Sequence record: NC_019526.1
Reading direction: 5' to 3' (one strand)
Length of the DNA: 64,000 bases
Shown: positions 53,582 through 62,032 of the stretch, one piece after another
How the letters are laid out: every line of letters starts with the position of its first letter
How positions within the stretch are numbered: the first letter of the stretch is position 1
Made by a program: the position numbers and the translations under genes
Notes under the pieces: generated by a model
Seen by the model: only the letters and a program-made list of their open reading frames with translations
Databases searched by the model: none
Told to the model about the DNA's origin: nothing

Positions 53582-53725
53582 ATGAATAAAAAACAAATAC
53601 ATAAACATTATGATGAAATTGCAGTGAAGGTTTTTCGTGGTGAATTAGGTTATAAACCATCTGTTAAATCTAAATATTCAAAATCTTCTTCAATAAAGTT
53701 CAATCATAAAATAGAGTTTAAATAA
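53582..53725 (+). CDS. Possible small basic protein (47 aa)
   Basis: Open frame filling the gap; no clear RBS. Confidence 0.3.
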   Translation: MNKKQIHKHYDEIAVKVFRGELGYKPSVKSKYSKSSSIKFNHKIEFK

Positions 53726-53746
53726 TACTGGACAATAATATATAAA

Positions 53747-54196
53747 ATGAATATCACTAATGTAAAAGATTTTTTAGAATATTTTATTAAGAATACTCGT
53801 GCACGTGATGAATTAGAAAAGAATGGATTCATCCAAGGTTACGATTGCACTAATTTCTTTTATACTATTGATAAACATGAATATTATGTCGATGCAATTT
53901 TAATTGATGATGATGGGTATTGCGTTGGATTTTCATTCGAAGATATATCACAAGATGCACCAATAAACTTTTATGCATTATATTATAATAAAAAAGATAA
54001 TATTTTGAAATTAGGATTTACTCGTGAATCAGATGAAGATGTTGTATTCGATTGTAACACATGGTTGGAACATGATTCATTCTTTCAAAGTACATTAATT
54101 CATAACTTTATGACAACAGATTTAGAGTACTGGAAAAATTGCATAGAATTACTTAATGTAATTTATAATGAACAAATCAAACAAAAATGGCAATAA
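53747..54196 (+). CDS. FQxS-motif family protein (paralog of 43861..44331)
   Basis: WLEHDSFFQSTLIHNFMTTDLEYWKNCI. Confidence 0.75.
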   Translation: MNITNVKDFLEYFIKNTRARDELEKNGFIQGYDCTNFFYTIDKHEYYVDAILIDDDGYCVGFSFEDISQDAPINFYALYYNKKDNILKLGFTRESDEDVVFDCNTWLEHDSFFQSTLIHNFMTTDLEYWKNCIELLNVIYNEQIKQKWQ

Positions 54197-54263
54197 TCAC
54201 AGGACGGTTCGGTATTTGGTAGTATGTTTGGCTGAATAAAGTATAAACGTTTAAAAAAAAGTG

Positions 54264-54291
54264 TTGAACAAAAAGTTCAGTACTATATAAT
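54264..54291 (+). promoter_or_regulatory. Promoter with TTGAAC-N5-GTTCAG inverted repeat
   Basis: Directly upstream of tRNA-Arg. Confidence 0.7.
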
Positions 54292-54302
54292 TGACTTACT
54301 AC

Positions 54303-54376
54303 GTCCCCTTAGTTCAGTTGGATAGAACAACTGCCTTCTAAGCAGTAGGTCACTGGTTCGAGTCCAGTAGGGGATA
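54303..54376 (+). tRNA. trnR: tRNA-Arg(TCT)
   Basis: GTCCCCT/AGGGGAT, ACTGC-CTTCTAA-GCAGT, GGTTCGAGTCC; CCA not directly encoded. Confidence 0.93.
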
Positions 54377-54431
54377 TACCATACAATATGGGAATAGTTA
54401 GAAGATATTCCCAATTTTAATTTAAAAAGTG

Positions 54432-54460
54432 TTGAACAAAAAGTTCAATAATGATATAAT
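54432..54460 (+). promoter_or_regulatory. Promoter with TTGAAC-N5-GTTCAA inverted repeat
   Basis: TTGAAC-17-TATAAT upstream of tRNA-Ser(GCT). Confidence 0.7.
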
Positions 54461-54524
54461 GGTATTATAAAAGGTTGTAATACTTAATATTAACTTTTAA
54501 GAAGATAATTAGTTATCATACACA

Positions 54525-54616
<92 letters not shown>

Positions 54617-54633
54617 TAAAATTCAATTAAAAA

Positions 54634-54767
<134 letters not shown>

Positions 54768-54775
54768 GATTTTAT

Positions 54776-54825
54776 GGATAGTTATAAAGTTGAATTAACA
54801 GCGACACTTAAAATTGTCACTATCC
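54776..54825 (+). ncRNA. 50-nt three-way-junction RNA, copy 3
   Basis: GGATAGT-TATAAA-GTTG AATTAA CAGC-GACA CTTAAAAT TGTC-ACTATCC. Confidence 0.75.
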
Positions 54826-54846
54826 AAATTTTAATTTAAATAGTAC

Positions 54847-54875
54847 TTGACAAAAATGTTCAGTACTGATACATA
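54847..54875 (+). promoter_or_regulatory. Promoter TTGACA-17-TACATA
   Basis: Variant of the tRNA-cluster promoter repeat, upstream of tRNA(CAT). Confidence 0.5.
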
Positions 54876-54884
54876 AAGAATATT

Positions 54885-54962
54885 GGCCCTTTACTCTCAA
54901 GTGGTTAGAGAATCCGACTCATAATCGGTAGGCTCTGAGTTCGAATCTCAGAAGGGCCACCA
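54885..54962 (+). tRNA. tRNA(CAT), probably Ile2 (lysidine) rather than Met
   Basis: GGCCCTT/AAGGGCC-ACCA acceptor and CGACTCATAATCG anticodon arm resemble E. coli ileX. Confidence 0.85.
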
Positions 54963-54981
54963 AATTTTAAAACATAATCTA

Positions 54982-55689
54982 ATGAAAATACAATTACAAT
55001 ATCCATATAATCAAGATTGGGATACAGGTTCATTAACAATTAATCCCGAAGGTCGAAGAACTGTTATTTTATATAACAAAACTACAAAAATCACAAGTAG
55101 TACTGCTTATGCACGATATTTGTTAGCAGTGCACAATAACAGATATTTAACTGAAAATGAAGAAGCTGACCATATTGATGAAGATTTCACTAATGATGAT
55201 ATATCTAATCTTCAAATTTTGACAATAGAAGAACATAGAGCTAAATCAATTGCGAATGGTATTCAAGCTAAATATGATGAATTTGTGTGTAAAGGTTGTG
55301 GAATAAAATTTTTAAGAAGACATAATCAAGTTAAGTCATATACAAAATATTGTAGTAAAAAATGTTCTTGGAAAAATAATCCTCCACCAACAAAAACAAA
55401 AAATGGTGACACGACAATCGATTATGATAAAGTAAAAGAATATATAAACGATGGATTGTCAGATACTGAAATTGCAAAGAAAATGAATATAAATCGCAAT
55501 TCAGTACTAAATTATAGAACTAAACACAATATACCTTCTAAAAAATTTGCTAATGTTAATATTTTAGAAGATAATATTGATGAAATAAAACAACGTTTGC
55601 TTTCTGGTGAAAAGAAAGTTGATATATACAAAAGCTATGGTTCTTCAAAAAATGTTTTTGCAAGATTTTTAAAGAGACATGGATTATAA
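54982..55689 (+). mobile_element. HNH homing endonuclease with HTH tail, inside the tRNA cluster
   Basis: EEADHIDEDFTNDDISNLQILTIEEH (HNH), CxxC/YCSKKC, two HTH-like segments. Confidence 0.8.
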
Positions 55690-55698
55690 TAGAATAAT

Positions 55699-55771
55699 GA
55701 CTCTGTAGCACAATCGGTGGTGCGATTGACTGTTAATCAATTGGTTGGGGATTCGAGTTCCTCCAGAGTCG
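55699..55771 (+). tRNA. trnN: tRNA-Asn(GTT)
   Basis: GACTCTG/CAGAGTC, ATTGA-CTGTTAA-TCAAT; no encoded CCA. Confidence 0.9.
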
Positions 55772-55790
55772 CTTAACAAACCAAAGAATT

Positions 55791-55937
55791 GTACCTAAAT
55801 AACGAGTATATGGATTCTCTATGATTGTCCCTGTATGAGTTAGAGAGATTATTCATAAGAAGTCGAGTGTATAGATTCTCAAAGAAATGATTGTTTATAC
55901 ATGAGTTATCTTAAAACGAATATCTCAAGGTACACCA
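55791..55937 (+). ncRNA. Candidate CCA-ended RNA with pseudoknot (~147 nt)
   Basis: GTACCT/AGGTAC + ACCA; TCTCTA/TAGAGA with TATGAGT/ATTCATA pseudoknot. Confidence 0.5.
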
Positions 55938-55944
55938 AACAATT

Positions 55945-55993
55945 GACTCTGTAGTTCAGTTGGTAGATCTTATATAGTTACCAACCAGAGTCG
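55945..55993 (+). ncRNA. tRNA-Asn-derived mini hairpin (lacks anticodon and T arms)
   Basis: Acceptor strands identical to tRNA-Asn (GACTCTG/CAGAGTC-GCT); D-arm-like GTTCAGTTGGTAGA. Confidence 0.55.
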
Positions 55994-56001
55994 CTTACAA
56001 T

Positions 56002-56066
56002 GGAAGGTGGTAATACGTCAGTATTACCTTTTAAGACCGAAGATATGAGTATCTTCCCTTCCACCA
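56002..56066 (+). ncRNA. 65-nt tRNA-like RNA ending in ACCA
   Basis: GGAAGG/CCTTCC-ACCA; GGTAATAC-GTCA-GTATTACC; GAAGATA-TGAG-TATCTTC. Confidence 0.6.
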
Positions 56067-56068
56067 CA

Positions 56069-56157
56069 CATTGTACTCTTCTCCCGTAAGGAGAATGACA
56101 AAAAACTATCCGAAAGATAGAAAGCCTGAAATAACAGGGTGCAATTAAATTACAATG
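56069..56157 (+). ncRNA. Candidate four-way-junction RNA
   Basis: CATTGTA/TACAATG enclosing three hairpins. Confidence 0.5.
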
Positions 56158-56160
56158 GGA

Positions 56161-56353
<193 letters not shown>

Positions 56354-56377
56354 TTAATTTAAATGGAGTACTGAATA

Positions 56378-56578
56378 ATGTCCAAATATGTTAATCGTCA
56401 AAAACGAAAAGCACGTACTAAGGACGAAATTCTACAGTTGATTCAAAAAAATCAAAAAGATGTAGTTATTGAAGAATATATTTTTCAGTACGGTAATCAA
56501 CAATCAATGGTACAAGAAAGTAATGGTAAGTATCATTCTGAACATTACGACCTTATTAAAAGAATTCTTTTGAAATAA
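56378..56578 (+). CDS. Hypothetical protein
   Basis: 66 aa ORF, GGAG RBS. Confidence 0.65.
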   Translation: MSKYVNRQKRKARTKDEILQLIQKNQKDVVIEEYIFQYGNQQSMVQESNGKYHSEHYDLIKRILLK

Positions 56579-56733
56579 ACAATAATACTCATCATCTAAT
56601 ATCAGTACTGATGCGTATCAGCAGGTGGCTTGATGGGCAGTACTGACAGGATACATCGTTCTCCGGTGGCGGGTTCGGTGGATATACGTAAAGTCGTATT
56701 GGGTATACCAAATATAATAATAAAAATATGTAA

Positions 56734-56809
56734 TAATGTGATAGCTCAAATAGGTAGAGCGGGAGGCCAAAGTGCTGACTGGTTTGTGAGTTCGATTCTC
56801 ACCCATTAT
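56734..56809 (+). pseudogene. Degenerate tRNA (anticodon arm not canonical)
   Basis: TAGCTCAAATAGGTAGAGC D arm and GTGAG-TTCGATT-CTCAC T arm intact; acceptor imperfect. Confidence 0.6.
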
Positions 56810-56820
56810 TAATAAAATTG

Positions 56821-56851
56821 TAAGCTACCCTGTTATTTGGGTAGCTTTTTC
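56821..56851 (+). terminator. Rho-independent terminator
   Basis: AAGCTACCC-TGTTATTT-GGGTAGCTT-TTT. Confidence 0.75.
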
Positions 56852-56874
56852 TTTTTATATAACAAGAGATTATT

Positions 56875-57291
56875 ATGAGTAAATTAACTTTACTGAATAT
56901 TTTACAAGAATGCTATGAAAAACTTGAAAATTCCAATCCAAGTGTCATATTCAACTCATCATTTGATAATTATTCTACTTCAAATTATAAAGCAAAAATT
57001 TTAGTATATAATCACTTTGATTTATCATCATTAAGTGATTGTAGTAACATTTACTTACACATTTGTGACTACAATGATGATAGTGGGTATACTATGACGA
57101 TTGATATTTACAAAGGATATTTTTATTATAAAAATAAAAAATTTGACAATTTTGAAAATTTATTCCCATTGACTGAAGATACAATGTTTCAGTACTCAAC
57201 ACTTTATGACACATCCTCCTTGACAATGGATGAGTTAAATTTTATAATGTCTATTAGTTTGGATATTCCAATTTATGAAGCAGCATTATAA
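56875..57291 (+). CDS. FQxS-motif family protein
   Basis: TEDTMFQYSTLYD. Confidence 0.75.
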   Translation: MSKLTLLNILQECYEKLENSNPSVIFNSSFDNYSTSNYKAKILVYNHFDLSSLSDCSNIYLHICDYNDDSGYTMTIDIYKGYFYYKNKKFDNFENLFPLTEDTMFQYSTLYDTSSLTMDELNFIMSISLDIPIYEAAL

Positions 57292-57308
57292 AATCTAGGA
57301 GCATTTTT

Positions 57309-57461
57309 ATGAAAATTAAGTGTTGTGTATGTGATTGTGAAATTGATGAAAAGCATGTATATGGCGAATGGGATGATTACTGCTCTGATTGCTGGGAATC
57401 TGAAGGACGTGATACAGAACGTTGGGAAGATGAGAGCGAGTGGGATGAGGATGAAGAATGA
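57309..57461 (+). CDS. Small acidic zinc-binding protein (50 aa, not in the ORF track)
   Basis: MKIKCCVCDCEIDEKHVYGEWDDYCSDCWESEG...; GGAG RBS. Confidence 0.6.
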   Translation: MKIKCCVCDCEIDEKHVYGEWDDYCSDCWESEGRDTERWEDESEWDEDEE

Positions 57462-57607
57462 AAGACCAAAATTGGTTGGGTTGACCATCAAAAAGTATCA
57501 CTATGTGGTTCAAAGAAAGTCGCAGTAATGATACGGTGGGATATAAGAAGCGTATGTTAGAAGAGTTATCATCAACGTCAAGAAACTAATATTATCACGG
57601 AGAAAGT

Positions 57608-57928
<321 letters not shown>

Positions 57929-57942
57929 TGAATAGATTTATA

Positions 57943-58040
57943 GGACATACTGCGGGATCTGTTTTTAAGGCTTAGGTACTTCAGTACTAAAACAATACCT
58001 TAGAAACGGAGTCCAAGTTGAATTCTTGGAATGTCCACCA
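57943..58040 (+). ncRNA. 98-nt tRNA-like RNA (6-bp acceptor + 6-bp T stem, ACCA end)
   Basis: GGACAT/ATGTCC-ACCA; TCCAAG-TTGAATT-CTTGGA; 12-bp central helix. Confidence 0.65.
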
Positions 58041-58044
58041 AATT

Positions 58045-58118
58045 ACCGCCTTAGAACAATTGGTAGTGTAACTTGATTTGTAATCAGTAGGTTATATGTT
58101 CGAGTCAGATAGGTGGCA
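58045..58118 (+). pseudogene. Degenerate tRNA-Thr(TGT)
   Basis: Cloverleaf with TTTGTAA loop but mismatches in the acceptor, D, anticodon and T stems. Confidence 0.65.
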
Positions 58119-58284
58119 CAAATAATAATAGTACTAGTAAGGTTTATTTACAGTTATGGATTCTTCTTTATATTCTAGTACTATTTCGTTTTTTAATAAA
58201 CAATTCAAAACTTTATTTTTTTTAATTTACTTAGGCTGATTCATTGAATCGGCCATTTTCTTTGTTAACAAAAGAGATAAAAAT

Positions 58285-58692
58285 ATGAAAAAATTTCTTT
58301 CAAAAGAACACGAAGAAAATATTCTTAATGCATTGAGTGTATTTCCAGAGAGTGTTATAAGTAATAATAAGAATTCTACATATTACTATGGTAAAGGTAA
58401 TTGGTTTTATTTTAGCGACAGTTCATATATGTGTGTATTAAATCTATGTACTGAAGAATATTCTTATTGTTTAAGGATCGATCCTGGTCATAAATTAATC
58501 CTACTATGCGAAAAGAATGATGAATTTTATGAAAGTGATATAGATGATACTGATTCATATATTAGTGATTTTTATCTTGAAGAAGAAAATTATTTTATGG
58601 ATAGTACTGTGAATGAAATTACCATTCCTTTTAGTATAATGAAACGTTCATATGAATTTCTAAAATACAACAGAGAAAAATTTCATGACTGA
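58285..58692 (+). CDS. FQxS-motif family protein
   Basis: EEENYFMDSTVNE. Confidence 0.75.
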   Translation: MKKFLSKEHEENILNALSVFPESVISNNKNSTYYYGKGNWFYFSDSSYMCVLNLCTEEYSYCLRIDPGHKLILLCEKNDEFYESDIDDTDSYISDFYLEEENYFMDSTVNEITIPFSIMKRSYEFLKYNREKFHD

Positions 58693-59071
58693 TATAAATG
58701 AAGTTATCGAGCATTTTTATAATTGGGTACTAACGGATCCAATAAAAACTGGATTAATTGAAAAATATAACTGCTCTATGTATTCTTATTGTTCAAATAA
58801 AGCTACGATGTATAGTAAGGATGTTGATAATTATTTACTAATCACTGACGATGTAGTTTATGATGTATTTGACAATGAAATTGTCATTGATGGCAGTGAT
58901 GTTGATGGCAGTGATGTTGATATTGTAAAATTACATGATATGGATTTCTCATGTACTGAATCATCGGCGTTTCAATTAAGCACATTATATGATTTCCGAT
59001 GCAGTACTGAAAGTATTGTATTATTATTGAAAATAGTACATATTTTAAGAAAAAAGAGAATGGTATTATAA
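58685..59071 (+). CDS. FQxS-motif family protein
   Basis: TESSAFQLSTLYD. Confidence 0.75.
   Translation: MTDINEVIEHFYNWVLTDPIKTGLIEKYNCSMYSYCSNKATMYSKDVDNYLLITDDVVYDVFDNEIVIDGSDVDGSDVDIVKLHDMDFSCTESSAFQLSTLYDFRCSTESIVLLLKIVHILRKKRMVL
58887..58921 (+). repeat. 15-bp tandem duplication (DGSDV x2)
   Basis: TTGATGGCAGTGATG x2 plus TTGAT. Confidence 0.85.
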
Positions 59072-59487
59072 TGGTGGAATTTAAGGTTCAAGATTTTTAT
59101 GATTTTGTAATGAAAGCCGAAAAGAATAATCGTGAATATATTAAAACAATTGGGGATAATACATATCGACACTACTGTTATTCTTTAACGGAGGGAATGT
59201 CTGCATTTACAAATTCAACTATGGATAATGTATTATATAATTTATTAATGCATAATTGTCATTATGTATTTGATGTTTACAGTAATCAAATAATTTATAA
59301 AATTATATTTTTTGATAAAAAACAAATTGAAAATACAATTAATTTGGATTGTTATGATTCTGAATCAAAAGAAGGATTTGCTTTTCAGTTATCAGTTTCA
59401 TATGATTTCCCATTTAGTACTGAAGATTATATTTTAATGTTAAAGATTGTTGATAAATTAAGACTAAACGAAAGGAATTTCAAATGA
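59071..59487 (+). CDS. FQxS-motif family protein
   Basis: KEGFAFQLSVSYD. Confidence 0.7.
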   Translation: MVEFKVQDFYDFVMKAEKNNREYIKTIGDNTYRHYCYSLTEGMSAFTNSTMDNVLYNLLMHNCHYVFDVYSNQIIYKIIFFDKKQIENTINLDCYDSESKEGFAFQLSVSYDFPFSTEDYILMLKIVDKLRLNERNFK

Positions 59488-59930
59488 ACATTACTAGTGT
59501 TAAACTAATTTTTGAAAACTGTGAAGCAATAGACATTCCTTTTAATGATATATTGTTTTTGCATATAGGGAAAGAATACAAAAAAACACATAGAACTTTT
59601 AATTCTTTGTCTATATAAACGGTTTTAAAAGAATTTGCTATTGCACTGAATAAGGATATTGAATGTAATTTCTGGAATAACCAGAGCATCGAAGAAAGAC
59701 TTGCTATGCGTGATATAACATGGGTAGAACTGTGCAATAATAATGAGAAAGTATCATATTATATTGAATGGCCTGAATACGATGAACATTATAGTACTGC
59801 ACAACGTTTGCAGTACACACCAGATGGTAATTTAATTTTTACCAGTTCTACTCAATCATTCATCAAAATCGAAACTGATGATATCGATCATATGGCTAAA
59901 TCAATTGGGATATACGGACATGAAAAATGA
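59484..59930 (+). pseudogene. Gene interrupted by an in-frame TAA at 59616-59618
   Basis: MNITSVKLIFENCE...SLSI*TVLKEFAI...RLAMRDITWVEL in one frame; ATGA coupling at 59484. Confidence 0.6.
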
Positions 59931-60363
59931 TAACGATGGGGATTTTATAAAAATTCATTTAAAAAGAACCTGGACAGATGTTGCATCAGGTGATATAATG
60001 AACGTAGAATATAGCACAGAAAAGATTTTAGTTAAAAACCAACTTAATGCAAATGATGAAGCAAATGATTTCATTGAAAAAAATGTTGGCGTTTATGTTC
60101 TTGATGGAATAGAATATAAAACTGAACTCATCGAGAAGGATGTCATGAAAGATAAACAGGTATTTTTAACTAAAGAACAAATGTTCGATTTTATTCTCAA
60201 TAATACTGTGACAATCATTCCAGATAACACCATCTGGACTGATGAAAATGGTAATAAAGTCAAAAAGAAATATACGGTATCGATTAATTCAACATCAATG
60301 TGTGGGTTTGACTTAGAAGATGCTATTAATTACTACGTAAACAATAGGAGTTCAATGAAATGA
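59920..60363 (+). CDS. Hypothetical protein
   Basis: Start moved to MKNDN. Confidence 0.7.
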   Translation: MKNDNDGDFIKIHLKRTWTDVASGDIMNVEYSTEKILVKNQLNANDEANDFIEKNVGVYVLDGIEYKTELIEKDVMKDKQVFLTKEQMFDFILNNTVTIIPDNTIWTDENGNKVKKKYTVSINSTSMCGFDLEDAINYYVNNRSSMK

Positions 60364-60689
60364 TATTCATTATTGTCGCAGTTATTTGTTGTGTTACGGT
60401 TATTATCTGTAAATCAATTCAGGTAAAAAGTTATCATAAAGCACTGGAGATGGAAAAGAATTTATATAGTACTGAAATTCTTTGTGAAGACCCTAATGCG
60501 AAAAAATCACCATATTCACTAACAAGAGAACTCCATGTAGAATCAGAAACATGGGGATGGACTGTAAACAGAAACGGTGAAAAAGTCAAAAGTTCAAATG
60601 GTTATTATCAAATTCTCAACTTAGATAAAGCACAAGAACTGATGAATACTATGGAAAAAATTGATGGATACAAAATAACCAAATTTTAA
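60360..60689 (+). CDS. Membrane-anchored hypothetical protein
   Basis: N-terminal TM. Confidence 0.7.
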   Translation: MIFIIVAVICCVTVIICKSIQVKSYHKALEMEKNLYSTEILCEDPNAKKSPYSLTRELHVESETWGWTVNRNGEKVKSSNGYYQILNLDKAQELMNTMEKIDGYKITKF

Positions 60690-60706
60690 TCCAGGAGAAA
60701 ATATAT

Positions 60707-61045
60707 ATGGATATTAGTAGTACTATAAAATTCTTGGCAGAGAATTTTGAAAAGATTATCACAAGGGGTGGTTTAATAGTTCACCCCAATACGAATATTA
60801 TGTATCAAATTAGGTTTGACACTCAGTCTTACGATCAAGTACTTGTATTTTCCAAGTTCAATGATTATAAAGAAGTAGTGATGTTTTGTTGTACAGAATT
60901 TGGTGTATATATCAAAGATACTGAAACTCAAACAATTTCCCATTACTTTTACCATACATTAATGGGCACTGATTTATTTGGTCTTAAATTTAATGATTTG
61001 GCTAATTTACATTACATGTTCAAACACTATCCACACACTAACTAA
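60707..61045 (+). CDS. Hypothetical protein
   Basis: 112 aa ORF, AGGAG RBS. Confidence 0.75.
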   Translation: MDISSTIKFLAENFEKIITRGGLIVHPNTNIMYQIRFDTQSYDQVLVFSKFNDYKEVVMFCCTEFGVYIKDTETQTISHYFYHTLMGTDLFGLKFNDLANLHYMFKHYPHTN

Positions 61046-61054
61046 GGAAGTACA

Positions 61055-61891
61055 ATGAAAAATATTATTTTTAAAAACATTGCGTTTGTAAAAGATCTAT
61101 ACACTGGTGCATATGTATCTGGTAATAAACTAATTATCTCTGCTGGTAATGATTATGAAGTGCAATTTGAGTCCAGTGATAAGGCATTTGAAGGTTTAAC
61201 TGAACTAGATAGTCTGTTGAATGCAGAAGAACATACCAAATCACCAAAAGCAAATACTGTTTCTGATGAAATTACTTCTCTCTTGAACGGTATTAAAAAC
61301 GGTTCAGTACTGAATACTATTAACGGCATTAATGATAAACTTCGTAATAAAGTAAGTTCATTTAAAAACGATGCACAAGAAAAAGCAATGGAAATCGCAT
61401 TTGAAAAACTATTTAAAGAAGGTTCACTTGCTATCGATAAAGCTATTTCTGATCTGGACAACGCTTTCAACGTTCTGTTCCCTGAAGATGAAACAGAAAC
61501 ACCAAAACAACCAAATACAACTAGCACAAAACCCACTGAAACCACTGAAAGCACAGAAAGTATTAAATCCAAAAAATTTAACATTGATGATATTTTTAGT
61601 ACTCTAAATGTTGGTCAGGATCAAAGTGTACTAACTTTTGATAAAATCATGGCTTCTGATAAGATCATTGATGATATGACAAGTACTGAACTTCGTCGTA
61701 TTATTGATATTTTCATTGATGAAATTGTGAATTCCGAAAAAGGTAAAGAGATGATTGATTCAATCAAAACCAATTTTGGTACAGCAGAAGTTGATGCCGC
61801 GATCCAGAAAATCAAAGATACTGCATATCAGGTTTGTATTGAAAATTCAAATCTAACATTTGCTGATGTGATGCAAAAATACTTCTTTTAA
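61055..61891 (+). CDS. Hypothetical protein with Thr/Pro/Glu linker
   Basis: 278 aa ORF, AAGGA RBS. Confidence 0.8.
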   Translation: MKNIIFKNIAFVKDLYTGAYVSGNKLIISAGNDYEVQFESSDKAFEGLTELDSLLNAEEHTKSPKANTVSDEITSLLNGIKNGSVLNTINGINDKLRNKVSSFKNDAQEKAMEIAFEKLFKEGSLAIDKAISDLDNAFNVLFPEDETETPKQPNTTSTKPTETTESTESIKSKKFNIDDIFSTLNVGQDQSVLTFDKIMASDKIIDDMTSTELRRIIDIFIDEIVNSEKGKEMIDSIKTNFGTAEVDAAIQKIKDTAYQVCIENSNLTFADVMQKYFF

Positions 61892-61912
61892 TGTATAAAA
61901 TTTGATATAATA

Positions 61913-61940
61913 AAAGCCTCCCTTCGTGGAGGCTTTTTTC
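61913..61940 (+). terminator. Rho-independent terminator
   Basis: AAAAGCCTCC-CTTCGT-GGAGGCTTTTTT. Confidence 0.75.
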
Positions 61941-61968
61941 GTTCTTTTTTTTTAATTTAAATTGAGTC

Positions 61969-61997
61969 TTGACAAATAATACATTTTTATGTATAAT
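61969..61997 (+). promoter_or_regulatory. Sigma70 promoter TTGACA-17-TATAAT
   Basis: Perfect consensus. Confidence 0.75.
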
Positions 61998-62032
61998 AAT
62001 CCTAATAATTAGAAAAGTATCAGGTGTGATTT

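Noticed and set aside
56090-56145. c-di-GMP-I or glycine riboswitch
   Set aside because: Only a GAAA hairpin and AAAGCC/CAGG fragments resemble them. The remaining conserved core is missing, and no gene start lies directly downstream.
57974-57990. Opal-suppressor/Sec anticodon (UCA) in the 57943 RNA
   Set aside because: CTTCA sits in a 4-nt loop of an AGTACT-based hairpin, not in a 5-bp stem with a 7-nt anticodon loop.
59616-59618. Stop-codon reassignment (alternative genetic code)
   Set aside because: Only one interrupted gene was seen, core genes are intact, TAA, TAG and TGA all end normal genes, and there is no suppressor tRNA in the window.
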